IMG/VR virus record: IMGVR_UViG_3300017991_000003
Coordinates: 96,001-160,000 of that record
DNA: 64,000 nt
Origin: a virus
Reading direction: 5' to 3' (one strand)
In this document: piece by piece, positions 10,338 through 19,560 of the stretch
Numbering within the stretch: the stretch's first letter is position 1
Layout: each line of letters opens with the position of its first letter
The notes under the pieces: model-generated
Databases searched by the model: none
Seen by the model: only the letters and a program-made list of their open reading frames with translations
Told to the model about the DNA's origin: nothing
Made by a program: the position numbers and the translations under genes

Positions 10338-10847
10338 TTAGGTGTCGAGCGTGCGAAGCGCCTCCCACTGCTCTTCCCACTTCTCAGCGTCGAAGATGCG
10401 GCGGTACTGCTCCACGGCTTCCGCCTCAGGAAGCGTTGGCATGACCGAAGTCTTGAACCAGTCCTCGATGCGCTGGAACAGCGGCCAGATGGAGCCGGTC
10501 CTTGGGTACACGTGAGCGCAGATCCGAGAACGCCTAGCAATCGTCTTTCGGGTCAGACGGGTGACTTCGAAGAAGGTCCAGTCTGAGGGGATCTGCCCAT
10601 CGTAGAGCAGTGGTGTCCCTGTCGGCCCGGTAGGGTGGAACCGCCACCCATCGCCGACCGGCGGCGCACCTAGCTCAGCTACATCGCCCCATGTTGCGAA
10701 CCCACGCAGGGGGTTCACGGTGAGGATGTCATCACGGACGCGGACATCCGGCCGCAGATCGAAGTGCACAGGGGTTAGTCCATCCATCAGGTGCATGATG
10801 ACTGGGCGCCAGATGTAGTCACCTACGCTGGTCTTGGGGAGGCTCAT
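10338..10847 (-). CDS. hypothetical protein (169 aa)
   Basis: ORF track; start overlaps stop of upstream gene. Confidence 0.5.
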   Translation of the reverse strand: MSLPKTSVGDYIWRPVIMHLMDGLTPVHFDLRPDVRVRDDILTVNPLRGFATWGDVAELGAPPVGDGWRFHPTGPTGTPLLYDGQIPSDWTFFEVTRLTRKTIARRSRICAHVYPRTGSIWPLFQRIEDWFKTSVMPTLPEAEAVEQYRRIFDAEKWEEQWEALRTLDT

Positions 10848-11401
10848 CAGAGGAAGTCGTCAAGGGCGTCAAGGGGATCGGTCGGCTTCGGTTTCTTTTT
10901 GCGGCGAGGAGCTCGCTTGGAGAGTGCCTCTCGAACCTGAGCCAGCGTGGCATCTCGAACGGCCACGTCAAAGGATAGCGGGTCTTTCCCAGCAGCCCGA
11001 TCGGCCGCAGCCTCCATACGAAGGTTTAGGTTGACCCATGCAGTCTCAGGTGTCGAGATAGTCTTGGTGCGCGGGAGGCGCCCAGCTGCTACGACAGGGA
11101 TTCGCGGTATCCCTTTGTAGATCCAGTACTTAGAGTAGAAGTGTCGGCCGACTGCGAGTTTGGCTCCCTGCTTCTGTACGTAGGCGCGTAGGCGCGCCCG
11201 CTGCTGTGCTGTGAGCGCGCTGAATCCTGCGACCAGGCTGCGCACGATCCATACGGCCGGCTCCTTGGTCGGGTGGCAGGCTCGATAGAAGCAAGGGGAG
11301 CAGGTGGGTTTGGCTCCCGGTCCGCCGAGATGCCCAGCAGCGGTGCAGCGTACCAGGTCCTCTTTGGCGGTAGGCCTGCCGCAGCGGCTGCACTTACTCA
11401 T
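10847..11401 (-). CDS. hypothetical protein with N-terminal Cys cluster (184 aa)
   Basis: ORF track; CxxC...CxxC near N-terminus; basic C-terminus. Confidence 0.5.
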   Translation of the reverse strand: MSKCSRCGRPTAKEDLVRCTAAGHLGGPGAKPTCSPCFYRACHPTKEPAVWIVRSLVAGFSALTAQQRARLRAYVQKQGAKLAVGRHFYSKYWIYKGIPRIPVVAAGRLPRTKTISTPETAWVNLNLRMEAAADRAAGKDPLSFDVAVRDATLAQVREALSKRAPRRKKKPKPTDPLDALDDFL

Positions 11402-11798
11402 TGGGCGAGATCAGGTCGAGCGGCTCCTCGGTGATTCCGGCCATTTCGAGGATCTGAATCGGGGTCAGCGCCTCGGTCGGGTCGTCGCTCCAGGTCATAC
11501 CGCCCGTGAGGAGGTAGACGCGCTTGTCGATGAGCAGCGTCCCCACGTCTCGGCGGTTGCTGTTCAGCACGTCGATCGCGCCCTTGATCGTTTCACTCAT
11601 CTCATCCAGGCGATCGTCCTCTGCATCGTCCTCGCCCCAGATGATGCTGCACATATCCAGCAGCCGGTCACGGGTCAGCGTCTCCGCCCTCTTCTCGAGC
11701 TCTTCGACGCCGTCAGGGTGGTCGGTGATGCAGTAGATCGTCTTACCGTCGTTGAAGGTCGGTAGCTGTGTGATGGCGAAGTTGAAGAATGCACCCAT
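11394..11798 (-). CDS. hypothetical protein (134 aa)
   Basis: ORF track; ATG at 11798. Confidence 0.5.
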   Translation of the reverse strand: MGAFFNFAITQLPTFNDGKTIYCITDHPDGVEELEKRAETLTRDRLLDMCSIIWGEDDAEDDRLDEMSETIKGAIDVLNSNRRDVGTLLIDKRVYLLTGGMTWSDDPTEALTPIQILEMAGITEEPLDLISPNE

Positions 11799-11821
11799 AA
11801 GAGAAAGAGGTGGGGGAGGTG

Positions 11822-11843
11822 CCCCGACCGGTGAGGGTCGGGG
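11822..11843 (-). terminator. terminator-like hairpin
   Basis: CCCCGACC-GGTGAG-GGTCGGGG; weak T-rich tail on minus strand. Confidence 0.35.
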
Positions 11844-11862
11844 CAGGATGGTGGTTGGTCGA

Positions 11863-12348
11863 TCAGTGCGTGTTGCCGGGGGCGGCCCAACCCGCGTGGG
11901 CGGGCACGGGATCGGCCGGCGGGTCCTCGACGGTGGTGGCCTCCGCGGGGAGCTCCGGCGGGTCCTCGTCGACCTCGGGGTGCTCGGCCGCCACGATCTC
12001 GTGGGCCGGCAGCACCTCGGTCGAGGCCGCGTGGACGAGGAAGACGTGACCGGCGGCGTTCGCGTTCTCCTCGGGGTAGAAGAGGTCCGTCCGCTCGACC
12101 ATCGCCAAGGCGAGGGCCTTGGGGACGATGAACACGGTGTCGTCCTCCCGCTCGTCGGGCATGTTGGCGACCTGGATCTGGACCTTCTTGATGTTCAGGT
12201 CCTGCGCGGGGTCGCCGGCCTCCTCGGGCATGTCGGCGAGGATGGGGTTGATCTCGACGGGGTCGATGTCGGCGGGGCGCTCGAGCATCAGGGTCCCCAA
12301 GGTGGTGAGGACGCGGACGGGGGCGGGAAGCAGGTTGATGATGCGCAT
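11863..12348 (-). CDS. hypothetical acidic protein (161 aa)
   Basis: internal ATG 12348 (MRIINLL) chosen; promoter-like motif 49-59 bp upstream; CA-rich leader. Confidence 0.5.
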   Translation of the reverse strand: MRIINLLPAPVRVLTTLGTLMLERPADIDPVEINPILADMPEEAGDPAQDLNIKKVQIQVANMPDEREDDTVFIVPKALALAMVERTDLFYPEENANAAGHVFLVHAASTEVLPAHEIVAAEHPEVDEDPPELPAEATTVEDPPADPVPAHAGWAAPGNTH

Positions 12349-12396
12349 GGTGGTTGTGGGTGGTTGAGGCTCCTGTGAGCCAAATCGGGGTTCAGG

Positions 12397-12407
12397 GGAC
12401 TCATGAC
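12397..12407 (-). promoter_or_regulatory. promoter-like motif copy (GGACTCATGAC)
   Basis: 49 bp upstream of ATG 12348. Confidence 0.5.
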
Positions 12408-12528
12408 TGATTTCACCAGGAATGTAGGAGAGGCTTGCAGGCCGGGCCCACTTCGGCCTATGCTTGACATGTCGCCACTGTGACGACACTTCTGGGCCGC
12501 GGCCCACAACCCAAGAAAGAGCAAGCAC

Positions 12529-12846
12529 ATGCCGCCTGAACTAGATATCAAGTGGGACCAGGTCCGTGACAGCCTGGCTCTCCAACTGAAGGACGAGGCC
12601 CACGCGCTTCTGGAGTCCACTGATGGGGACCTCGGAGGCTGGGCCGCCCAGATCGCTGCTGACATCGTGGAGGCCGCCTCCCTGGGGCGTGACGATCTCC
12701 TCGAGCACCTCAAGTCTCAGATGCGTACCCTAGCTGGCTCTAAGCGGGTCGAGATCCGTGAGGCCGGCTGGCGCACCCTGGACGCGGCCGTGGGAGCGGC
12801 GGTCAACGTCATGTCCACCATGGTCCGAGCCGCGGTGGTGGCCTGA
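12529..12846 (+). CDS. hypothetical protein (105 aa)
   Basis: ORF track; ATG 12529. Confidence 0.45.
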   Translation: MPPELDIKWDQVRDSLALQLKDEAHALLESTDGDLGGWAAQIAADIVEAASLGRDDLLEHLKSQMRTLAGSKRVEIREAGWRTLDAAVGAAVNVMSTMVRAAVVA

Positions 12847-13283
12847 TGAGTCGCCTCAAGACGCTTCTGACGGGCGCGGCTCTGCTAGTGGTTGCCGCCA
12901 GCTGCATCACTCCGCGCGCTACCGTCATCCTGGATGACGTGGAGGACTCCTCGATGCTAGTCATCGATGAGCACGATGCTTACGTCGCCCGTACAGATGG
13001 TGAGGGCTCCTGGGCTAGCATCGACGAGGCTGAGGCTGAGGCTATGCTCTCGCAGTCCGCGCTGTTCGCCGAGCTGTTCGCGGATGCCGACGGGACGGGC
13101 TACGTCCAGGTCTCGGTGTTCGAGGGCTTCGCTGACCCGGTGTTCGACCGCTACGTGGGCTGGGTCTCTGAGGAGTTCCCGTACGACCCCGCCGTCGACC
13201 CGATCGAGCCGCTCGACCGTCGAGTTAGGCTTCGAAGCGTCGCGCTGGTCCGTGATTACATCGAGCGGGTCAAAGGCGAATAG
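12846..13283 (+). CDS. putative lipoprotein (145 aa)
   Basis: signal peptide MSRLKTLLTGAALLVVAASC with lipobox-like AASC; acidic mature part. Confidence 0.5.
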   Translation: MSRLKTLLTGAALLVVAASCITPRATVILDDVEDSSMLVIDEHDAYVARTDGEGSWASIDEAEAEAMLSQSALFAELFADADGTGYVQVSVFEGFADPVFDRYVGWVSEEFPYDPAVDPIEPLDRRVRLRSVALVRDYIERVKGE

Positions 13284-13374
13284 CTCCGTCCGTCGAACCG
13301 GCCGAAGGCCCTGGAGTGCGATTTCCTCGTACTCCGGGGCCTTGCTCTATACTTGGGGGTGTGGAGGTAACCCC

Positions 13375-13641
13375 ATGACACCCGGTACGAAGAGCAGCGA
13401 GTACTCACTGACCAAAAATGCAGGCGCCGCGGGAGCGGCCGGTCTGTTGATCGCCTTGTTGACGGCGCTGCTCCAGGACGGCGGGATCCAGGATCTCGAG
13501 CTGACCTGGCCTGTGGCCGTGATCCTGGCTACCAGCATCGTAAGCCTGGCTGCCGTGGTCGTCAGCTATAACGTGTCCCGCGGCCTGGCTAAGAGCGAGG
13601 CGAGGGTCCCTGAGGATTACAAGAAGCCTGAGGGCTCGTGA
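13375..13641 (+). CDS. small membrane protein, two predicted TM segments (88 aa); holin-like by topology only
   Basis: internal ATG 13375 by codon counting, GGAGGT 8 nt upstream; hydrophobic stretches GLLIALLTALL and VAVILATSIVSLAAVVV. Confidence 0.45.
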   Translation: MTPGTKSSEYSLTKNAGAAGAAGLLIALLTALLQDGGIQDLELTWPVAVILATSIVSLAAVVVSYNVSRGLAKSEARVPEDYKKPEGS

Positions 13642-14069
13642 CCGGCCGCCTGATCCTCCTGCTCACGCTCGTCAGCTGTGCGGTGTTTCAGCCGGACGAG
13701 CTGTCGATGACCTATGAGCGCGGCTTCGGCCACTATGATGCCGACCCCTGGGAGGCGCCGATCTCGGAGGATCAACACACGATCGGGTTCGGTTTGACGT
13801 GGTACATCGGTACCACAATGCCACCGGCTAGGGCTGCTGTTCTTCAGCCAGGCCTGCTCGAGGATGACGAGCCCCCTAAACCGGCCCCACCCCAGCCGCC
13901 CGCCAGTGTGGCACCGGCTACCAGTGCCACAGAGCCGTACAGCCCGGCCATGGATCGGGCCCTGATCTACCAGATCACCACGCTGCTCGGTGCGTTCGTG
14001 GTGGCTTACCAGAACCGTCAGCGCCTCCCAGGCGTGAAGAAGGCCTCGGACGAGGGGAGCGCTGAATGA
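13638..14069 (+). CDS. Pro-rich putative lipoprotein (143 aa)
   Basis: GTG start overlapping upstream stop (GTGA); signal peptide with lipobox LVSC; Pro-rich linker. Confidence 0.45.
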   Translation: MTGRLILLLTLVSCAVFQPDELSMTYERGFGHYDADPWEAPISEDQHTIGFGLTWYIGTTMPPARAAVLQPGLLEDDEPPKPAPPQPPASVAPATSATEPYSPAMDRALIYQITTLLGAFVVAYQNRQRLPGVKKASDEGSAE

Positions 14070-14509
14070 GAGTTAGTCCAGACATCGTGTTCGGGATGCT
14101 TTGCGGCCTGGAGAAGCAGGCCGAGGAGCGTGAGGAGGTTACGGCCGAGGAGCTCGAGGAGGTTATCCCCGAGACGGACGATGAGCGAGACCTGCTCCAG
14201 CACATGATGCGGGTCGTTTGGGACTGCGGGGCTCGCCCGCTCCCGACCATGCCGCTGCTCTCCGAGAACGCCAAGCAACTAGAGAACACGGTTCTGCTCA
14301 GGGCCCTGGATCGAGCCAACAAGCGGCTCCTGCCAGGCGCCAAGCTGATCCGTAGCGGTCGTCCGATCACGGACATCTTGAAGAAGTTCAAGAAGATCCA
14401 GAGACGTGCCCTCAAGGGCTCGATGATCGGATTCCGCAAGACGATGAAGGCCAATCAGAAGGCTTTGATCACATCCGCGCGCCGCAGCGCCCGCTCCGCG
14501 TATCGATAG
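14066..14509 (+). CDS. hypothetical protein (147 aa)
   Basis: ORF track; ATG with GGGGAG upstream. Confidence 0.45.
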   Translation: MRVSPDIVFGMLCGLEKQAEEREEVTAEELEEVIPETDDERDLLQHMMRVVWDCGARPLPTMPLLSENAKQLENTVLLRALDRANKRLLPGAKLIRSGRPITDILKKFKKIQRRALKGSMIGFRKTMKANQKALITSARRSARSAYR

Positions 14510-14578
14510 TCTCGACGGCTCAGTTCGGCTGAGCGCTTCGGGGTATCGGTGCAAGGGGATCAACCACAGTAACTGCCC

Positions 14579-14872
14579 ATGACCAAAGCCAAGAAGAATG
14601 CCCGCGTCTTCGACTTCATTCAGTCTGAGTCGGAGCGAAAGCGCAAACGCCCCTGCCATGCCTGCATGACCGCCAAGGCTAAGCCTCAGGTGGACGAGGA
14701 TATTCGAGCGTGGCTCGAAGCCTGGTCGGCCGGCGAGGCTGGCGATACCACGTGGACTCGCTTCGTCGAGTGGCTCAAGCAAGAGCATGACATCAACCAT
14801 GGTCGCGTTCATCTAGCCAGGCATGCCTCGGAGTGTCTCGGCCTACCCAACCCAACGAAGTCCTATGCCTAG
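14579..14872 (+). CDS. hypothetical protein (97 aa)
   Basis: ORF track; ATG 14579. Confidence 0.4.
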   Translation: MTKAKKNARVFDFIQSESERKRKRPCHACMTAKAKPQVDEDIRAWLEAWSAGEAGDTTWTRFVEWLKQEHDINHGRVHLARHASECLGLPNPTKSYA

Positions 14873-15941
14873 CCGTAAGCCCAAGAAAGAGCCGGACACG
14901 CTTCTCCGCATGGAGAAGGCGGAGCACCAGGAGACGCGAGCCAAGATGGAGCGCGCAGCCCGTGCGCATCGGGCCGAGACGACAGAGCTTCGCCTCCTAC
15001 TCAAGCACGCTGATAAGCGTCGGGAGGAGCTCGAGACTGAGATCGATGCCTATTCCCACGCCCTTCGGCCGATCCGCCCGCCGAAGAAGATCCGGCCCCG
15101 CAAGAAGTCCAGCGTCAGCGAGTCGGTCCCGATCGTACTGGCCTCGGATTGGCACCTAGAGGAGCTGGTCCCTAGGGAAACGGTACAGGGGCTCAACGAG
15201 TACAACCCCGAGATCGCGGAGAAGCGAGCTGAGCGGTTCTTCACCAGTGTCCTGCGGCTGATCAATCTGAACAGGCAGCACACGCGGATTGACGACATGA
15301 TCTTGTGGTGCGGCGGCGATTTCATCACCGGCCACATTCATGAGGAGATGAAGGAGACGACGGCGATGGCCCCGCTAGAGGCGGTGGACTTCGCCGCTCG
15401 CCTTTTGCGGCGTGGCTTCGAGTTCCTGCTCAACCATGGAAAGCTCGACAGGATCATCGTTCCATGCTCCTTCGGCAACCACGGCCGCCTCACCCGCAAA
15501 CCCTTCACGACGAAGGCCGCGGAGCACAACCTCGAGTGGTTCATGTATGCCCAGCTGCGGCAGGCCTTCGAGAGTGACGATGCGATCGAGTTCCACGTCA
15601 CCCGTAGTCGGCTGCATGACACGGTCTCGGTCTTTGATCGAAGGATCCGGTTCCACCACGGGGAGGACCTCAAGTACGCCGGGGGCCAGCAAGGCGTCTA
15701 CGGCCGGCTACACAAGGCCCACCAGGCCTGGAACCAGACACGGCCCTGCTACCTCACGTGTGTTGGGCACTGGCATCAAGCCAAAGCATTCCAGGACCTG
15801 GGGATGATGAACGGATCGTTGATTGGCTACTCTGCCTATGCTCAGCTGCTTCAGTGTCAGTTCGAGCCGCCCCGTCAGATGATGTGCTTGGTCGAGAAGG
15901 ACCACGGGATGACGGGGTCCCACCCGGTATTTGTCGAGTAA
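14865..15941 (+). CDS. calcineurin-like metallophosphoesterase (possible nuclease or phosphatase)
   Basis: motifs SDWHLE (D-x-H), GGDFITGH (GD...H), FGNHG (GNH), GHWH; ATG 14865 preferred (8-nt overlap) over ORF-track 14823. Confidence 0.6.
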   Translation: MPSRKPKKEPDTLLRMEKAEHQETRAKMERAARAHRAETTELRLLLKHADKRREELETEIDAYSHALRPIRPPKKIRPRKKSSVSESVPIVLASDWHLEELVPRETVQGLNEYNPEIAEKRAERFFTSVLRLINLNRQHTRIDDMILWCGGDFITGHIHEEMKETTAMAPLEAVDFAARLLRRGFEFLLNHGKLDRIIVPCSFGNHGRLTRKPFTTKAAEHNLEWFMYAQLRQAFESDDAIEFHVTRSRLHDTVSVFDRRIRFHHGEDLKYAGGQQGVYGRLHKAHQAWNQTRPCYLTCVGHWHQAKAFQDLGMMNGSLIGYSAYAQLLQCQFEPPRQMMCLVEKDHGMTGSHPVFVE

Positions 15942-15943
15942 CT

Positions 15944-16282
15944 ATGAAGACTCAAGAACTCACCGTCGCCCGTGGTGACATGTACGGGCATCCTCTGGAT
16001 CACTTCTCCACCTCCGAAGAGCTCTACCAGCTGTGGCTCAAGCACTTCCGACACGAGCGTGAGTTGCTTGCCGAGGCCCTCTCAGGGATGCAGGCGGTGG
16101 ACGGTCGTCGGTACCTCTCAGATGAAGAGGCCCTTGCTATCCAACATGCGGCCAAGTTCGTGATCGACAAGCTGGTCCGAGCTGCGCGGTCGCCTCGGTA
16201 CGAAGATCATTGGGATGACATTGCCGGGTACGCCCGCACCGCCAAGATGGTTCTAGGCCTGATCCAGGAGGATGATGGCTAA
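15944..16282 (+). CDS. hypothetical protein (112 aa)
   Basis: internal ATG 15944 immediately after upstream stop. Confidence 0.45.
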   Translation: MKTQELTVARGDMYGHPLDHFSTSEELYQLWLKHFRHERELLAEALSGMQAVDGRRYLSDEEALAIQHAAKFVIDKLVRAARSPRYEDHWDDIAGYARTAKMVLGLIQEDDG

Positions 16283-16592
16283 GTTCGACAACAAAGAGTG
16301 GCGAGCCGCAATCCGTGCGCTGAAGGTGCTGTGCCCTTTGAGCGCTCGGGTTTCTGTCACTCGCGTCGAACTACCCGACGGTGATCTAGGCGACTGCGAC
16401 AACCGTCACGGCCGCTACTACATTCGGGTTCAGAAGATGGAGGACCTAGCCTTGTCCCTTCTGATCCTGACCCACGAGTGGGCTCACGCCATGATCTGGC
16501 CCCTGTACAAGGACCGCGACCCAGACCACACTGGGCACTTCGGGATTGCGTGGGCAGAGGCCTACCGCACCGTCTTCCACAACAACAAGTAG
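16272..16592 (+). CDS. small protein with HExxH motif (possible minimal zinc metallopeptidase-like)
   Basis: LTHEWAHAM HExxH motif; ORF track. Confidence 0.4.
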   Translation: MMAKFDNKEWRAAIRALKVLCPLSARVSVTRVELPDGDLGDCDNRHGRYYIRVQKMEDLALSLLILTHEWAHAMIWPLYKDRDPDHTGHFGIAWAEAYRTVFHNNK

Positions 16593-16593
16593 C

Positions 16594-17451
16594 ATGGTTC
16601 ATATTCAGTCGGTCAAGGCCGCCCGCACGAGCATCAACCGGCGGCGCGAGGATATCCAGGCGTTCGCCGCGGCTCCGAACCTTGACATGAAGGACAAGGT
16701 GGTGGTCATCCTCGGCAACAGCCCAGCCCTCAAGGAGGTTGACCTGTCTGTTCTGGACGACGTAGTTACCATCGGGGTCAACCGAGTCGCGGGGGTCTAC
16801 AAACCATCGGCGCTCTTGTTCACCGATCCACCGATCTACTACGTCGAGAAGGAGACCTACGACACTTTCGAGGGTCCCATCTTCACATGGCATGGGATCA
16901 CGCACAGCCTCGAGTGCTTGAAGCGGCCGAACGTCCGGTACTTCAATCTCCAGCCGGAGATCATGAACCTCAAGCACATCAAGTGGCCGTCGACACTCGA
17001 CGACCCTCTGATCCGTGAAGGAACCACCCCACCCTACGCTATCCAAATGGCAGTGCTCGGAGGCGCCAAGGCGGTGGGTATCCTCGGTGTCGACCACAGT
17101 GCGCCCGATCGGCATGCCCGTGGGCAGGAGACGCACTTCTTCGGAACTGTGCGCGGGTCCTGGTACTGCCGGGCCTGTACCCAGTGGTGCGGTCCTAAGC
17201 AGGTGGTTCGGCGTAACCGGGCTCGAGTCTGCCCGAACTGTCGAGCTGAGAATCAGCTGATGCGCCTAGCCAGCACAGGTGGGGGAGGGTGGACTAAGGT
17301 TCACGATGCGTTCTACAAGCAGTGCCGCCAGTGGGCGGCTGCTCGCGGTACCGCCATGTTCAACCTGTCGCCCTTTGCCGACACGCTAATCCATAAGGCT
17401 GAATGGCCTAAAATGACGTGTGAGGACCTAGTCCGCACACATCATGGCTGA
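16594..17451 (+). CDS. GT42-sialyltransferase / DUF115 (MptE-like) fold protein with C-terminal zinc ribbon
   Basis: N-terminal VVVILGNSPALKEVDLSVLDDVVTIGVNRV resembles the G-N-G-P-S-L...N motif of this family; GILGVDH; CRAC...CPNC; internal ATG 16594. Confidence 0.45.
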   Translation: MVHIQSVKAARTSINRRREDIQAFAAAPNLDMKDKVVVILGNSPALKEVDLSVLDDVVTIGVNRVAGVYKPSALLFTDPPIYYVEKETYDTFEGPIFTWHGITHSLECLKRPNVRYFNLQPEIMNLKHIKWPSTLDDPLIREGTTPPYAIQMAVLGGAKAVGILGVDHSAPDRHARGQETHFFGTVRGSWYCRACTQWCGPKQVVRRNRARVCPNCRAENQLMRLASTGGGGWTKVHDAFYKQCRQWAAARGTAMFNLSPFADTLIHKAEWPKMTCEDLVRTHHG

Positions 17452-17695
17452 TCGCTTTGAGCCGCCGACCACCCCGCCGGCATCCCTACCGCCCTCCGAC
17501 TTCTACCTCGGAGCGAAACTCGCGTATCAGCGCCCTCCCCAGGTCCGCCGTCGTCCAGAAGTTCGAGATCGCACTCGACTTCCCGGCTACATGAACGAGG
17601 CCCGTGTAGCTGAGCAGTGGGACGAGGCCAATCCCACTCGAGGTTCTCAGTTCGGTCACCCCAACGACGAGGCTCATCTATGGGCATGGATCTGA
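17444..17695 (+). CDS. hypothetical protein (83 aa)
   Basis: ORF track; Pro/Arg-rich, low confidence. Confidence 0.3.
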   Translation: MADRFEPPTTPPASLPPSDFYLGAKLAYQRPPQVRRRPEVRDRTRLPGYMNEARVAEQWDEANPTRGSQFGHPNDEAHLWAWI

Positions 17696-18039
17696 AAGTC
17701 ACGGACAAGGAGTGGACCGACGTCTCGTTCAAGACGGTCTCCGAGGTGCTTGAGGCCTGCTCAAGCCTGTTTGGGAAGATCATCCGCACGGTGCACGGGC
17801 CGTTTGGTGATGTGTACGTGGAGTACGAGGCGCACAACTCCGCCGCGTCGGCGGCGTTGAACCTGATCCCTGACACGATCATCACTGTATGGACTTCGAC
17901 CCAATCCACGGGTACCAAGACCCTCAAGATCCAGGCCAGCTACGACGACGTCGATGTGCACGAGCTCGTACTCGATCTGTTCGACATCGTCGACAAGTAC
18001 GTGGACGATCCGGCCCCCTCCCACCACTCGGTGCCGTGA
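17680..18039 (+). CDS. hypothetical protein (about 119 aa)
   Basis: internal ATG 17680 (or 17686) by codon counting. Confidence 0.4.
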   Translation: MGMDLKVTDKEWTDVSFKTVSEVLEACSSLFGKIIRTVHGPFGDVYVEYEAHNSAASAALNLIPDTIITVWTSTQSTGTKTLKIQASYDDVDVHELVLDLFDIVDKYVDDPAPSHHSVP

Positions 18040-18494
18040 AGTGCGACGCTCAGGTCACTCGGTTCGTGCATCGCCCCTACCGGGTGCCTGAGAAGGGTTA
18101 CAGGGTCACAGAGGATCAGGACTACGACTTCACGCGTTGCTACAGGGTGTTCGTCGCTCGCGGTACCGCGGAGGCGCGCAAGCTGGTCGACGTCGTAGCA
18201 CTAGCCGATCGAGACTGCCCTAGCGGTCATCGATCCTTTCAGGTGGTGCGTACCTTCTCCTTCGGGGCGGAGGATGACCTGGACCGGTATCTGCTTTGGC
18301 TCTTCGAGGAGTCGCTGATCGACTCGTTTGGTAACCGACCCCAGCTCGTCGTAGCCGAGCAGTGGAGTGTGACTGCTCAGGAAGAGCTGTCGGCCAAGAA
18401 TCTCCGGACGGCCTTCATCCATCCGGGCCGCCTCGATGAGTGGGGCGTGCTCTCCGGGGACACTGCGCGTAAAGGCGACCTGTCGATGTACTAA
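18036..18494 (+). CDS. hypothetical protein (152 aa), GTG start
   Basis: no in-frame ATG; GTG overlapping upstream stop (GTGA). Confidence 0.35.
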   Translation: MKCDAQVTRFVHRPYRVPEKGYRVTEDQDYDFTRCYRVFVARGTAEARKLVDVVALADRDCPSGHRSFQVVRTFSFGAEDDLDRYLLWLFEESLIDSFGNRPQLVVAEQWSVTAQEELSAKNLRTAFIHPGRLDEWGVLSGDTARKGDLSMY

Positions 18495-18517
18495 AAAGAG
18501 ACGCCTCAGCGTCTCTA
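18493..18517 (-). terminator. rho-independent terminator (minus strand)
   Basis: GAGACGC-CTCA-GCGTCTC hairpin with T-tract on minus strand. Confidence 0.55.
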
Positions 18518-18521
18518 CGCC

Positions 18522-18896
18522 CTAGGCGCGGTTCTTCAGGATCCAGTCGACGGGTATCTGAGCCAGCTCGGCGCTGTGCTTGGTGTAGGCTCGCCAGAAC
18601 CAGTCAGAGGTGAGCGCTCTCTGCTCCTCGTTGAGTGCGGGGTTCTCGTCGATAAGCGCTAGGATCTCGTTGATGAGGCGGTAGACGTCGAGCTCATGCC
18701 GCTGTTGCTGTGTTGCCTTGATAGCCAGGCGCCGATGCTGCTCGAAGTCGATATCTCGAAGGGCTGCTGACTGATTGATTAGTCGAACGAGCCCTTCGGA
18801 CGGGACCCACTCGGTGCGGGCGTAGCTGATCAGGTGTAGGAGGCGCTGGTTGATCTCCAGGCGCATCTCCACCTCGGGGCGTGTCGCTAGTTTCAT
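18522..18896 (-). CDS. hypothetical protein (124 aa)
   Basis: ORF track; ATG 18896; followed by hairpin terminator. Confidence 0.5.
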   Translation of the reverse strand: MKLATRPEVEMRLEINQRLLHLISYARTEWVPSEGLVRLINQSAALRDIDFEQHRRLAIKATQQQRHELDVYRLINEILALIDENPALNEEQRALTSDWFWRAYTKHSAELAQIPVDWILKNRA

Positions 18897-18929
18897 TACA
18901 TGAGTCTACCCGCTCGGGGCAGCTCTAGG

Positions 18930-18958
18930 CAAAAGAAGAAGGGCGCTGGTGGGCGCCC
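18930..18958 (-). terminator. rho-independent terminator (minus strand)
   Basis: GGGCGC...GCGCCC hairpin followed on minus strand by TTCTTCTTTTG. Confidence 0.5.
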
Positions 18959-18980
18959 CTCTTCGGGGATGGAAGAGCGG

Positions 18981-19352
18981 CTACTTGCCGTCCACCTCCT
19001 TGGCCTCCTCCTCGGGGGCCGGGACCTCCTCGAGCTCGACGCCGGCGGCGTTGCCGAGGGCCGCGTCGAGCTTGGCGCGGTTGCGCTCGTTGGCGATGTG
19101 CATGTCGGTCAGCTCGTTCTGCTTGGCCTGACCCCTCACGTACCTGTACACGAAGTAGGTGAAGGCGCACGCGGTCAGGAGGCTCGCGCCGGCCTGGGCG
19201 TAGTTGAGCCGGCTGGCCGACTTGGCCACGCCGACCTCGGCGTTGACCAGCTGCTGGGTCTGGTCGTCGGTGAGGGCGCCCAACCCTTCGAGGGGGTTGA
19301 CGGCGTCCAGGGAGGTGTCCAGGTCGGAGGCGATGCGGTTGATCGTTTCCAT
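18981..19352 (-). CDS. hypothetical protein with one predicted TM segment (123 aa)
   Basis: internal ATG 19352 (METINRI); CA-rich leader; terminator downstream. Confidence 0.45.
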   Translation of the reverse strand: METINRIASDLDTSLDAVNPLEGLGALTDDQTQQLVNAEVGVAKSASRLNYAQAGASLLTACAFTYFVYRYVRGQAKQNELTDMHIANERNRAKLDAALGNAAGVELEEVPAPEEEAKEVDGK

Positions 19353-19421
19353 GATGGGTGTTGATGTTGGGTGGTGCAGCGGATCTAGCCCCGTCTGGGC
19401 TGGAAAGATCCCCCGCTCACC

Positions 19422-19432
19422 AGACTCTTGCC
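19422..19432 (-). promoter_or_regulatory. promoter-like motif copy, variant (AGACTCTTGCC)
   Basis: 70 bp upstream of ATG 19352. Confidence 0.35.
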
Positions 19433-19560
19433 ACACAGCCCCCTGTTTTTGGCTTTCTAGGTACCACCAGGAGGCCTAAACTGGCTGTGTGCCCTCGACG
19501 TCGACTTTCCACTACGAGCATGTCTTTGACCCGTCCCAGACCGTCCTCAAGGGGCGGTCT

